DNA of 29,014 nucleotides, from assembly GCF_006345805.1 (NCBI RefSeq), contig NW_021833207.1, positions 1 to 29,014 of the forward strand, read 5' to 3'. The translations under genes were made by a program, and so were the position numbers. This document shows positions 1-9,608 of the stretch, in pieces. The notes below the pieces were generated by a model. It had not been told where the DNA came from. It did not search any database and was given only the letters and a program-made list of their open reading frames with translations. This DNA comes from Octopus sinensis. Its lineage: Eukaryota. How positions within the stretch are numbered: position 1 is the stretch's first letter; each line of letters begins with the position of its first letter.

Positions 1-282
1 TCTCTACATGGACAGCAACAATAAACTTGCTAGAAATTGCAGCTAAATCTCCTTCGAAATCGTACACACACACACACACACACTTGTCTGTGAAAAAACA
101 CAAATTAAGTTAATATAGTTATAGATATACAATACCCAGAAAAATATAATTTGTGATGGTCAAGAATAGAATGACATTGATCACGCAATGCATCAGGTTT
201 GCTGAAACAGGGTTTACCTCGATTAATCAGTAAACATCAAGGCAGTTATATTGGAGATCAGGATTTACATAAATTATAAAAG

Positions 283-316
<34 letters not shown>

Positions 317-481
317 GTACAACAGGCTTCTTACAGTTTCCATTTACCAAATCTATTCACAAGGTTTTGGTTGACCTGGGAGTTATAGTAAGAAGACACA
401 TGGTTGACATGTGGTGGGACTGAACCTGGAATCAAGTGGTTGAGAAGCAAATTTTCTTACCACACCGCCATACTTGTGCCT
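317..481 (-). mobile_element. tRNA-derived SINE, family A, 5' portion, degenerate
   Basis: Reverse complement aligns by eye to the head of the family A copy at 15376-15540 (tggtaag...gggttcagt.cc...gtgtctt...gatttggta.atggaaactg); ends in a (CA)n tract. Confidence 0.8.
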
Positions 482-660
482 TTATATGCATACATACATA
501 TATATACATTAAAGGAAAATGGGAAGATATATATTAAAGGTACATGTGTGTGCGTGTTTGTATGTATGTATGTATATATGTGTGTGTGTGTGTATGTGTA
601 TATATATGTATATATATATATGTTTGTATAATATATATATGTATATATATTATATATATA

Positions 661-812
661 TCTCGGAGTGGTTGGCGTTAGGAAGGGCATCCAGCTGTAG
701 AAACACTGCCAGATCTGACTGGCCTGGTGCAGCCTTCGGGCTTCCCAGACCCCAGTTGAACCGTCCAACCCATGCTAGCATGGAAAGCGGACGTCAAACG
801 AAGATGATGATG
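661..812 (+). mobile_element. 5'-truncated retroelement 3' end with (GAT)n tail (RTE-type tail, LINE or partner SINE)
   Basis: ttggcgttaggaagggcatccagctgtagaaac...ggaaagcggacgtcaaacgaagatgatgatgat, embedded in (TA)n. The same terminus (catcatttaacgtcc) recurs on the minus strand at 1301-1329. RTE assignment is from recall of such tails. Confidence 0.7.
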
Positions 813-1067
813 ATATATATATATATGTATGTATATATATATGTATATATATACATATATATATATATATACACACATACATATTTAAACATATATATAT
901 ATCTATATATATATCTATATACACACTCACATACATACATAAATAATACATATATACATACACACATCCATACACTTACACACACACATGTTGCTGTCAG
1001 TTTCATTTTTAACTTACAGCATGTGCAACTCTGCAATGTCTCATTACTTTCTCGTATTCCAACTTTT

Positions 1068-1100
1068 TGCCTGAAGAAGGACATTCTCTGAAACGTAGGA
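1068..1100 (+). ncRNA. Minimal type I hammerhead ribozyme motif (core intact, weak stem I)
   Basis: CTGAAGA(1071-1077)-A-GGA/cattc/TCT-GAAAC-GTA(1090-1097); palindromic ACGT stem III; stem I tgc/gga has one mismatch. Confidence 0.6.
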
Positions 1101-1276
1101 TTTTATATGTGTATGTGTGTGTATGATTTAAACCAGCAGAAAAAGTATTCGTTATGTACATTAGCTTATTTATTCATTCAATAGCAATAGCCCACTTCAG
1201 TTGCTAAGCAAGTCTGTGTCTCTTCCATGTGGCATCAGTCATACATGTGTGTAGGTATGCATATACATGTATGTAT

Positions 1277-1380
1277 ATATATGTATGTATATACATATAT
1301 ATCATCATCATCATCATCATTTAACGTCCACTTTAAATGATGATGATGATGATGATATATATGTATATACATACATATAT
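1277..1380. repeat. Perfect inverted repeat, 48-bp arms, 8-nt spacer
   Basis: 1277-1324 is the exact reverse complement of 1333-1380; the arms comprise an (ATC)6 retro-tail plus TA-rich flank; spacer cgtccact. Confidence 0.9.
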
Positions 1381-1529
1381 GTATATATATATGTATGTAT
1401 ATATATATATGTATATATATATGTATGTATATATATATATATATATGTATGTGTATAGGTAAGTATATATATATAAATATGTGTGTGTATGCATATATAT
1501 ATGCATGTGTATAGGTAAGTATATATATA

Positions 1530-1573
<44 letters not shown>

Positions 1574-1589
1574 CTGTGTGTGTGTTAGT

Positions 1590-1790
1590 CTAGGAAAGTG
1601 CGTTACAGTATTTATTTTGAATCTTTACATTTAGAGTTCAGATCCCACAGAGGTCAAATTTGCCTTTCATTCCTGCGAGATTGATAAAATAACGTACCAC
1701 CAATCAAGTATCGGAATCGATATAAATTGACTAGTCCCTTCTCCTACCCTCAACCCAAATTGTCGGCCTTATTAGAAATAATTATAATTA
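1590..1790 (+). mobile_element. tRNA-derived SINE, family B-like, old copy
   Basis: gagttcagatcccacagaggtcaaatttgcctttcattcct...gataaaataacgtacc matches the B-box and central motif of the family B copies at 4501 and 11440. Confidence 0.7.
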
Positions 1791-1835
1791 TTTTCCTCAT
1801 CTTAACACACAGACACGAAGGAAAAGAAGCAAATG

Positions 1836-1839
<4 letters not shown>

Positions 1840-1916
<77 letters not shown>

Positions 1917-1923
1917 TATATAT
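1840..1923. repeat. (TA)n microsatellite; similar TA/CA tracts at 555-660, 813-915, 1380-1570, 25980-26056, 26590-26730
   Basis: Directly visible dinucleotide runs. Confidence 0.95.
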
Positions 1924-2016
1924 AGAAGGAGCTTCTTTTAATTAATAAATTAATTTTACTCTGCTATGTATTGAGTACCTTATTTACTGTGGTTAACCCC
2001 GAATCAACCCGGGACC

Positions 2017-2050
<34 letters not shown>

Positions 2051-2375
2051 CAGCATCAAATAATCTGCTGCCACTGCTGCTGCTGTTGTCGGTGTTGTTA
2101 CTGCTGCTAACTGCTGCTAGTGCAACTGTTGCTGCTGTTGTTGCTACTCTCTTTGATATAATACTTGCTGCTGTCATTGTCGATGTTGCTGACAACCTGT
2201 AAGAAGGTAATAATTTAACCAGGTAGGCCTAATATAGACGGTGAATGAATGCGATGGATGTGAGAAAGAAGCAGGCGAAATGTTGGGCTAATTCTGTTGT
2301 AACTGTTTTGATTAATAAGCTTAAGTTTTATATTAAAAGGAAAATAAAGTTCATAGTAGCACGATATTGTAATGA

Positions 2376-2419
<44 letters not shown>

Positions 2420-2467
2420 TAATAATGATAATAATGATAATAATGATAATAATGATTATGATAATAA

Positions 2468-2647
2468 TAGTAATCCAGTATCATGTATGTTATAATACCA
2501 GTTCAATAATGTTCAATCAGAAATAATCTTTATTACTATATTCTTATCGTTATTTATTGTCATTATCATCATCACCATCATTATCATCATCATACTGTTA
2601 AATTAATAAGTGGCCATTGTAAAAAAGTGGCTTTGATAATGATGATG

Positions 2648-2686
<39 letters not shown>

Positions 2687-3566
2687 TAATAATATGCAGT
2701 ACCAGGCAGTGGCTCTCATGGATGCCCTGGTGCAGTACCAGGCAGTGGCTCTCATGGATGCCCTGATGCAGTACCAAGCAGTGGCTCTCATGGCTTCTGA
2801 TCTTAACTGATTGGAAGTGTTATCATGTACATTGTTTTGTCTTGGTATAAAAGATGGGCTACAGCAAATATTCTGCTCAATACCACAGATTTGCTTGTCA
2901 GTTGTTTGACCTTAACCAGTTGAGCATGTCCCTTAGTGGCTGACGATATGTGCATCGCTGATCACGAGCAGAAGTAGTGGGGGAGCATCATAGCCATGTG
3001 TTGAGAGGGATTCTTTGGGGTTTGAATAATTCACCTCTGGAAACATGGGTGTTTCGTTCAACGTCCTTAAACAACCCTTATTCAGGGACCTTTTGAGCGG
3101 GATGGGTTACTCGATCTGAAGAAAATTCTAACTGGGCTCCACCTGCAAGGTCATGTGCTGTTTATCTTGATATGAGACCACCATGTCGCACACATATGGT
3201 TGTGATGCATGTGCCTGGTGTACCCTTATCAGACGGGTAGTCATGATGGGTATACTGGGCTTCGTATATTTTACCCCAGTGTCACTTTGATGGCACGCTC
3301 TGCTCGCTCACTCAATAATAATAATAATAATTTGCCCTAGGAGTCGGGAAGACGCTCGGCAAGAAATGGAAGCAAATTTGAAAGAAGAAAAAAAAAATAA
3401 TAATAATAATAATGATGATAATAATAATGATAATAATAGTAATCCAGTATCACGTATGTTATAATACCAGTTCAATAATCTTTACTATTCTTATCGTTAT
3501 TTATTGTCATTATTATCATCATCATACTGTTAAATTAGTAAGTGGCCATTGTAAAAAAGTGGCTTT
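2468..3566 (+). repeat. Local direct duplication: 2468-2634 and 3437-3566, each bounded by (AAT)n
   Basis: tagtaatccagtatca.gtatgttataataccagttcaataat...catactgttaaatta.taagtggccattgtaaaaaagtggcttt is present twice; the second copy has small deletions. Confidence 0.9.
2695..3330 (+). mobile_element. ~620-bp non-coding retroposon (family E) with (AAT)n tail, inserted in (AAT)n
   Basis: Near-identical reverse-complement copy at 19064-19569. Ends ...ctgctcgctcactc(aat)n, is flanked by (AAT)n on both sides, and has no real ORF. Confidence 0.85.
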
Positions 3567-3582
3567 AATAATGATAATAATG

Positions 3583-3639
<57 letters not shown>

Positions 3640-3642
<3 letters not shown>

Positions 3643-3850
3643 GTTTCAAATTTTGCCACAAGGGCAGCAATCTTGTGGAAGGGGATTAGTCGATTACATA
3701 GACACCCACTGGTACTTATTTTATTGACCCTTGGAAGGAGGAAAGGCTAAGTCGACCTTGGCAGAGTTTGAACTCAGATCGTAGCGATGAGCAAGATACT
3801 GCTAAGCATTTTGTCCAGCATGCTTAATGATTCTGCCTGCTCGCTACTTT
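3640..3850 (-). mobile_element. SINE family B variant
   Basis: gtcgattacat...ctggtacttattttattgacc...ggaaaggctaagtcgaccttggcagagtttgaactcag is the reverse complement of the family B body and head. Confidence 0.8.
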
Positions 3851-3909
3851 ACTCAATAATAATAATAACAACAACAACAACAACAAGAAAAGCAACAACA
3901 ACAACATTA

Positions 3910-4066
3910 AATCCTTTTTAATAAAACCACAAGGCCTGAGAAGGGGTCAGTTGATTACATTGACCTCCCCACACACACTGTGTTCAACTGGTACTTTATT
4001 TTATCGACCCCCACCACCACCATCACCAAATGGATAAAACGCAAAGTCAACCTCGGCAGGATTTGA
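3910..4066 (-). mobile_element. SINE family B variant, partial
   Basis: cacaaggcctg...gttgattacattgacc...caactggtactttattttatcgaccc...gcaaagtcaacctcggcaggatttgaa. Confidence 0.7.
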
Positions 4067-4500
4067 ATAACAATGATAGCAACAATAAGAACAACAATGA
4101 CAAACACAACAACAATAATAATAACAACAACAGCATGTACAAGATCCTTACATCTATCCTAATGGAATGCAATAATGCTTTCCTTGTGAACAACATTTTT
4201 GTCCCTGGTGAACAAAAAGACTATAAACATGTTTTTTTGTTGTTGTTTTTTTTTGTGCAGGGATCAACTGAAGATTATAAAAAATGGTTCTTGATAATTA
4301 TTGCAACAGGAAAATAACATCTGTCAGTAGCTTGGATAGAAGACTACAAGAAGACCATTGATAGTCTTCCACACAGCTGGATAGAAGGAATGCCTGGAGA
4401 CATTCAAAATTTCACCAGTAATCATGAATTTTTGCTCTGGAAAATGACATCAATTCTAAATACAGACACTCCAAATATAAACTCTGGTCGAGCTGACAGT

Positions 4501-4735
4501 AAGGCAGCAAGCTGGCAGAAACGTTAGCATGCCGGGCGAAATGCTTAGCGGTATTTCGCCTGTCTTTACGTTCTGAGTTCAAATTCCGCCGAGATCAACT
4601 TTGCCTTTCATCCTTTTGGAGTCGATAAATTAAGTACCAGTTACACACTGGGGTCGATGTAATCGACTTAGTCCCTTTATCTGTCCTTGTTTGTCCCCTC
4701 TATGTTTAGCCCCTTGTGGGCAATAAAGAAATAAA
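4501..4735 (+). mobile_element. SINE family B, full length
   Basis: Head aggcagcaagctggcagaaacgttagc, B-box gagttcaaattcc, central gcctttcatcctt..gtcgataaattaagtaccag, tail gggcaataaagaaataaa; highly similar to 11440-11674 and 14140-14377. Confidence 0.9.
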
Positions 4736-4837
4736 GTGTGGAATCTTTCAAGAAGACTCATTATTTTCTTTGTTATTCTGCTTCGTACTATTTCTTCTAA
4801 GTAGATTTTTGAATGAAACAAATTATGGATGGAATGT

Positions 4838-5215
4838 TTCAGTAATTAGACTGCAGCCATGCTGGGGCACTACCTTGAAGAAATCTATCCAAGCAAATTG
4901 ACCCCAGTACTAGCTTCTTTTTTTTATTTTTGCTTTTTTGTACTTATTCTGATGGTCTCTTTTGCTGAACTACTAAGTTACAGGGATGCAAACACAACAA
5001 CATCAGTTGTTGAGCAGTGGTGGGGGACAAACACAGATACAAAAATACATACACACGTACAAGAGGCTTCTTAGTTTCCATCTAACAAATCCATTCACAA
5101 GACTTTGGTCGGTCAAGGCTATAGGAGAGACACTTGCCCAAGGTGCCATGCAGAGGGACTGAACCCAGAACCATGTGAGAAGCAAGCTTCTTACCACACA
5201 GCCACACTCGTGTCT
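4838..5215 (-). mobile_element. SINE family A, near full length
   Basis: Reverse complement contains tggctgtgtggtaagaagcttgc, gggttcagtccc and the CORE-like caccttgggcaagtgtct motif, with the same tail as 15376-15793. Confidence 0.85.
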
Positions 5216-5592
5216 ATGGAAAAACACAATTAATCATCAACTCTATATGGATGACTTGGAACTTCACAAAAAATGATCAACAAGTGCAAACACTCCAACA
5301 AACAGTCATATAATTTTGTGATGACATCAAAATGGAATTTGGGCTTGATATATGCACCAAGGCAATATTTGCCAAGGGAAAAAAATATCAAAGATACAGT
5401 CAACAGAGTACTTGCAAAGACATGACAAGGCAGCTCAGTACACACACTGGTCAATATGCAGCACATACAAATTTCCCCACCTCACAAAAAAAAAAAAATT
5501 GGTGGGAACACATGTTGCCCAGAAAACTAAGGTGACCATCTTTTGAAATTTCAGTGTTCAGACTGATCAAGAAATACAGATATTGTAAAAAT

Positions 5593-6075
5593 CAAGTCCT
5601 TATGTGTCCTGTGTCCTTGTGTGACTATCACATGGGACTATCACATTAAGTTGACAGTATACAACTACTTTATCGTATCACTACTGTATAAATCTCTCTG
5701 AGAGATTAAGACATGTATTATTTCTATTTTTGAAATCATTGAATGTATTTCACTAGAATAATTATATGTTTACAAGAGCTAGATAGGTATTTCCAACTAG
5801 CAAGCCATGCTACTCCAGACTGATGATGAGCAAAGACTCAGAAACTAGCCTTTGGATGCTGGCTTAGATGGGTGGGGGTTCTTAACTCCCCCTTGTAAAG
5901 ATAAAGATACAGAAAATGTGTCAAGGCCGATAGGAAGCATTGCTGCTTCCTAGGGATAAATAGCAGTAGTATTATTCCCTTCATGGGACTGTCACATTAA
6001 GCTGACAGTATACAACTACTTTATTGTATCACTACTGCATAAATCTCTCTGAGAGATTTAGAAATGTATAATTTC
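5593..6075 (+). mobile_element. Hammerhead-containing non-autonomous retroelement (retrozyme-like or Penelope pLTR-derived), about 1.3 units of a 351-bp repeat, 12-bp TSD
   Basis: TSD tattgtaaaaat at 5581-5592 and 6076-6087; 98-bp terminal redundancy (5631-5728 vs 5982-6079, 7 differences); HHR at 5802-5865; no ORF. Confidence 0.75.
5802..5865 (+). ncRNA. Type I hammerhead ribozyme, U16.1-to-C variant (probably inactivated)
   Basis: Stem I tccaga/tttgga extended by aagcca/tggctt; CTGATGA 5820-5826; stem II TGAG-caaaga-CTCA; GAAA 5841-5844; stem III ACTAG(C), which would be palindromic ACTAGT if 5849 were T; triplet GCC instead of GUC. Confidence 0.75.
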
Positions 6076-6207
6076 TATTGTAAAAATAATTTTCAAAAAA
6101 ACTTGTCTTGTAATTGATATTGCAGCCTCAGCTGACTAAAACACATCCTTGAACATGTCTGTAAAACTAGGTAAGTATTTATTGAAATAAGGAGAATGTG
6201 GCGTCTC

Positions 6208-6650
6208 AAAGCAACATGTAAATCAAAGAAGGAAAGTGTTACTCATATAGTTAGTGAATGTAGTATGTTGGTACAGAAAGAATACAAGAAAAGACACAAC
6301 AACCAAGGGAGAATAATCCACTGGGAGTTATGTAGAAAGCTAGGATTTGACTGTACTGGTAAGTGGTATGAACATGAACTTAGTAAAGTAAAAAATATAA
6401 GATGTGGGATTTTAGCATTCAGACTGTCAGAGTAATAGAAACTAGAAGGCCTGATTTAGTAGTAGTAGATAAAGAGAATAGAAAGTGCTGGGTAAATGAC
6501 TTTACGGTCCCAAATGTTGAGGAAGTCTATATGAGAGGGATACAGAAAATAACAAAGTACCTGGACCTAGCCATTGTGTAACAGAGGCTGTGGAAAGTGT
6601 GGATAAAATGTATTGTTATAATTACAGGTGTATTAGGAACTGTTCCTAAG
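6208..6650 (+). pseudogene. Second R4/Dong-type fragment: zinc-knuckle region and REL endonuclease
   Basis: CKSKKESVTHIVSEC...KRHN...IHWELCRKLG...KWYEH, then WDFSIQT..IETRRPDLVVVDKENRKC..DFTVP...KYLDL, the PD-(D/E)xK-type REL signature. Confidence 0.85.
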
Positions 6651-6714
6651 ATTTGACAATGTGTCACACTGTTTCACGCCTCTCGTCACATATTGTGCAT
6701 TTGTTTCTCTCGGT

Positions 6715-6978
6715 GGACATGATACCAATAGGGATTGGTGCACTTGGAAGTATCAGTACCCAGCTACCAACATGGTGCAAAAAGATTGGTACAGACATAG
6801 AGATAGAATACTTACATAAATTATTGTTGCTTGGAACTGCAAGAGTCCTCTATAGAGTTCTTGAAGTGTGATCAGTAAACAAGTGTCACCTTAGTATACT
6901 GGCTGTGGACAGCTGACTTTTTTTCAACATACCCAGTAAAATAAAGCTGAAAGTTTTCATGATCTAATAATGATAATA
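6715..6978 (+). pseudogene. R4/Dong-type LINE extreme C-terminus, 3' UTR and (AAT)-like tail
   Basis: IPIGIGALGSI...LHKLLLLGTARVLYRVLEV-stop (stop at 6869-6871), then a short UTR ending ctaataatgataataat. Confidence 0.8.
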
Positions 6979-6979
6979 A

Positions 6980-7163
6980 TTCTGTCTACTATTGGCACAA
7001 GGCCTGAAATTTGGGGTGCGGTGCTGATCTTATTTCACTGACTTTGGAAAGAAGAAAAGCACATTTGACCTCAGTGAAATCTTAACTCAGAACATAAAAT
7101 CAGGTGAAATGCTGCAAACCATTTTGTCCAGCATGTTAACAACTCAGCCAGATCACCACCTTA
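6980..7163 (-). mobile_element. SINE family B variant, degenerate and internally deleted
   Basis: ctactattggcacaaggcctgaaattt...tttgacctcagtgaaatcttaactcagaac...cattttgtccagcatgttaac...gccag. Confidence 0.65.
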
Positions 7164-7562
7164 AATCAACTTAATCGTATGGCTAATGTAAATGATCCAC
7201 AAATTAAAGATGACATTATAGTCCAGCTGGTCATTTACAGCTTTTACTACAACTATCACAGTAACGCGTCTCTTCTCAGTTAAATGCTATACAGAATTAT
7301 TACATTTTGTATTGTGTAGAGACATGTCTTACCTGGCCAATAGAAAGACAACAATTATTACATGATTGACAGATGCATACTCTTTGATATGGCAAAGGTT
7401 TATTATTAGTTTGCTCTGGTCCATGTACCTTTGAGTGAAGACCAACCTTAAAAAAAGAGTAATTCGGTCACAGCTAAAACATTTGAAAGGATTATTGCTG
7501 TCAACAGGATTTCCTTTCTTTATTTCTCATTTTAATTTTGTGTATTTGGTACAATTCTCTTT

Positions 7563-7715
7563 AAAATACATGGATATATTCAGTATATATTTTCTCTGCA
7601 GTATCATATCAACTGCAAAATTTACAACTCCAAAATGCATGGATACATTCAGCATATATTTTCTCTATGATATCCTATCAATTGCAAGTTTTCCAACTTT
7701 CTATATGAATATATT
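7563..7715. repeat. Degenerate 69-bp tandem repeat, about 2.2 units
   Basis: aaaat.catggata.attcag.atatattttctct...atc.tatcaa.tgcaa..tt..caact starts at 7563 and 7632. Confidence 0.75.
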
Positions 7716-8809
7716 CTTCTTTTTTTTTCATATCAGATTTAAGTGAGTCCTTGTACCTTAATTTCACTTTGTAAAAAAGATCCATTCTCATAACATAGTT
7801 CTTCATACAATAGACAGTTTGGTATGCTTCCATATATCAGATGACTCCTGAGCACTATTAATAACATATAATTCAGTACAAACTGTTATATGGTCAGATT
7901 ATCAATGGCTAAACCAGTACTCCAGTATGGAGTACTGGATGAACCCAGTATAGGGGCAACAACTATTTGACAATATTGTGTTGGGATTTCAAAATACTTT
8001 GAACCAGTGAATAAATGTGATAAGACTTTATTGAGTGATGGTAGATTTGTGTTATTTAGCCATGGTGAAGGCAGATTATCTAGGAAAAAGTCATTCCAAA
8101 TAAACAATTGGCAGGCCAAGACAATACAGTCTTTGATCTGTAATCATTTGTCATACTCAATGATTTTCACAGTGCATTGTTTTAGGTGATTTTACCCATG
8201 GCTAAGTAAGACAGTGCAGTACAAGAGTACAAGCTATATCTTCATTTTATAATGGATATCTTAGATCTTATCCATACACAGCTGTTACTCATTAATGCAG
8301 ACTGTCCACATTATTGCATCAAGCTATTTTATACTTTCCTCACATCTTTTAATAAATACATTCTCATATGTATTGTGTAACTTTTAATATATTCTTTGAG
8401 TGATGTATTTTGGGTGATAAATGGTTGGTGGCAACCTTAAAACAAACACAAAAATCACTATCAATTTTATGAAATGTACGACTCTCAGAAAAATATAAAT
8501 GGCAAAAAGTATTTGCAAAATTCAATTTCACAAGTTTATCCCAGCAGGGGTTCCAAGAGAAAAACAGCTGTTGCCAAGGTCGTCATAGAATGACTACCGT
8601 AAAACACATATCCAACTTTTCTGGTTGGCTGTTCGCATGTAAGAACTTTGGGTGATAATGAGACATCTGTTGAAAGAAAAGCTACTTTAATAATTCATGG
8701 AGCGCATGCAGAACAGCGTGAATTCAAGTACTAAAATATCTATTCATTCTTAATATACTGGCAGATTAAAACATGAATATCTGATTGTTGTTGTTTTTCA
8801 TTATTGGAG

Positions 8810-9200
8810 GGCACCCTGCTCCCTTCAGATGATGTGTGTTCATAACACACCATTTTGAGAAAGCATAGAGTTCTTCTTCAGTCAAAGCTGCTCTGATTTA
8901 TGTGTTGGAAAGAAGATTGGTAGTTGGCATATCCAAGAAAAAAAAAGTACTGAGTTAGTGATCCATATCTAGGACCTGAAGACCAAAAATATCCCATACA
9001 CCATCAAGTGGAGCATTGTAGAACAATCTATGCCATATATGAAAGGGTGCAGGCTTTGTATAGCTGAAAGATTTCATATCCTATTTAAGTCTAAGAACTT
9101 CACCAGTCTATTGAATTCTAGATTTTAAATTTTCATCAGATGTAAACATCTGGATATGTTTCTATTATCAAACTGGAAAACACCAACTTCTCCAGATTAA
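8810..9200 (+). pseudogene. Penelope-like element remnant: C-terminal part of GIY-YIG endonuclease
   Basis: STELVIHI*DLKTKNIPYTIKWSIVEQSMPYMKGCRLCIAERFHIL...LLNSRF*IFIRCKHLDMFLLSNWK matches the PLE GIY-YIG C-terminal pattern (IKW.I, CxLC.xE, LN.R, C.H); in-frame stops. Confidence 0.8.
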
Positions 9201-9608
9201 GCATGCAGTCTCACAAATTTCCCCCATTGAATTAATTGCATTAACCATTATTAATTCCCATTCTAACGAGCGGAAGGGACACAACTCTTACCTCCTTTTC
9301 TTTCATGCTCCTTTTTTCTTGTTCCCTTTTTCATTTACTTTTCATTCTTTTTCATTCTTTATGACTTTTTCTTGGAGAGCAGCCATGTTGTGTTTTGAGG
9401 TTGAAAGATTACTTGATAATAGACAGCATGCTATACAAGCTTGTCCAACCATTGTATTATCAGAGGCATAAAACTTAAAACACAAGCTCCCATGTAAATC
9501 CTACATGTATTAAATTATATTTATCTCTCACTGGATGGAGTATATTTTTTATTGGTCTCACTAATAATGGAACAGTACAATGTGTATGTGTGTGTACTTT
9601 TCTCTTTA

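Larger units (their letters stand above)
5217..6207 (+). pseudogene. R4/Dong-type non-LTR retrotransposon remnant (RT plus REL endonuclease fragments), internally deleted and interrupted by the 5593-6075 insertion
   Basis: Translates INHQLYMDDLEL (YMDD at 5244-5255), DDIKMEFGLDICTKAIF, RHDKAAQYTHWSIC and NFSVQTDQEI; after the insertion it resumes as KTCLVIDIAA...IRRMWRLK. Multiple frameshifts. Confidence 0.8.

Noticed and set aside
404-1945. YI/CV/HT-rich ORFs in the track (also 24056-24823, 25249-25867, 26800-27435)
   Set aside because: Translations of stop-free microsatellites; no protein signal.
2050-2200. Possible minus-strand exon after ttcttacag with an open Ser/Ala/Thr-rich frame
   Set aside because: A degenerate (CAG/CAA) tract explains the open frame; it runs into (TA)n without a clear donor.
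2695-2800. HDV-like ribozyme at the 5' end of family E
   Set aside because: A P1-like pairing exists, but I could not build P3/L3, P1.1 or a P2 closure on either strand.
3117-3140. CTGAAGA in family E; also CTGATGA at 12364 and 16111 and CTGAAGA at 4268
   Set aside because: No stem II-GAAA-UH continuation.
4261-4498. Exon-like segment: strong polypyrimidine-AG at 4259-4260 and GT at 4499
   Set aside because: All three frames hit stops within 60 nt of the acceptor, the donor is created by the adjacent SINE head, and I recognise no homology.
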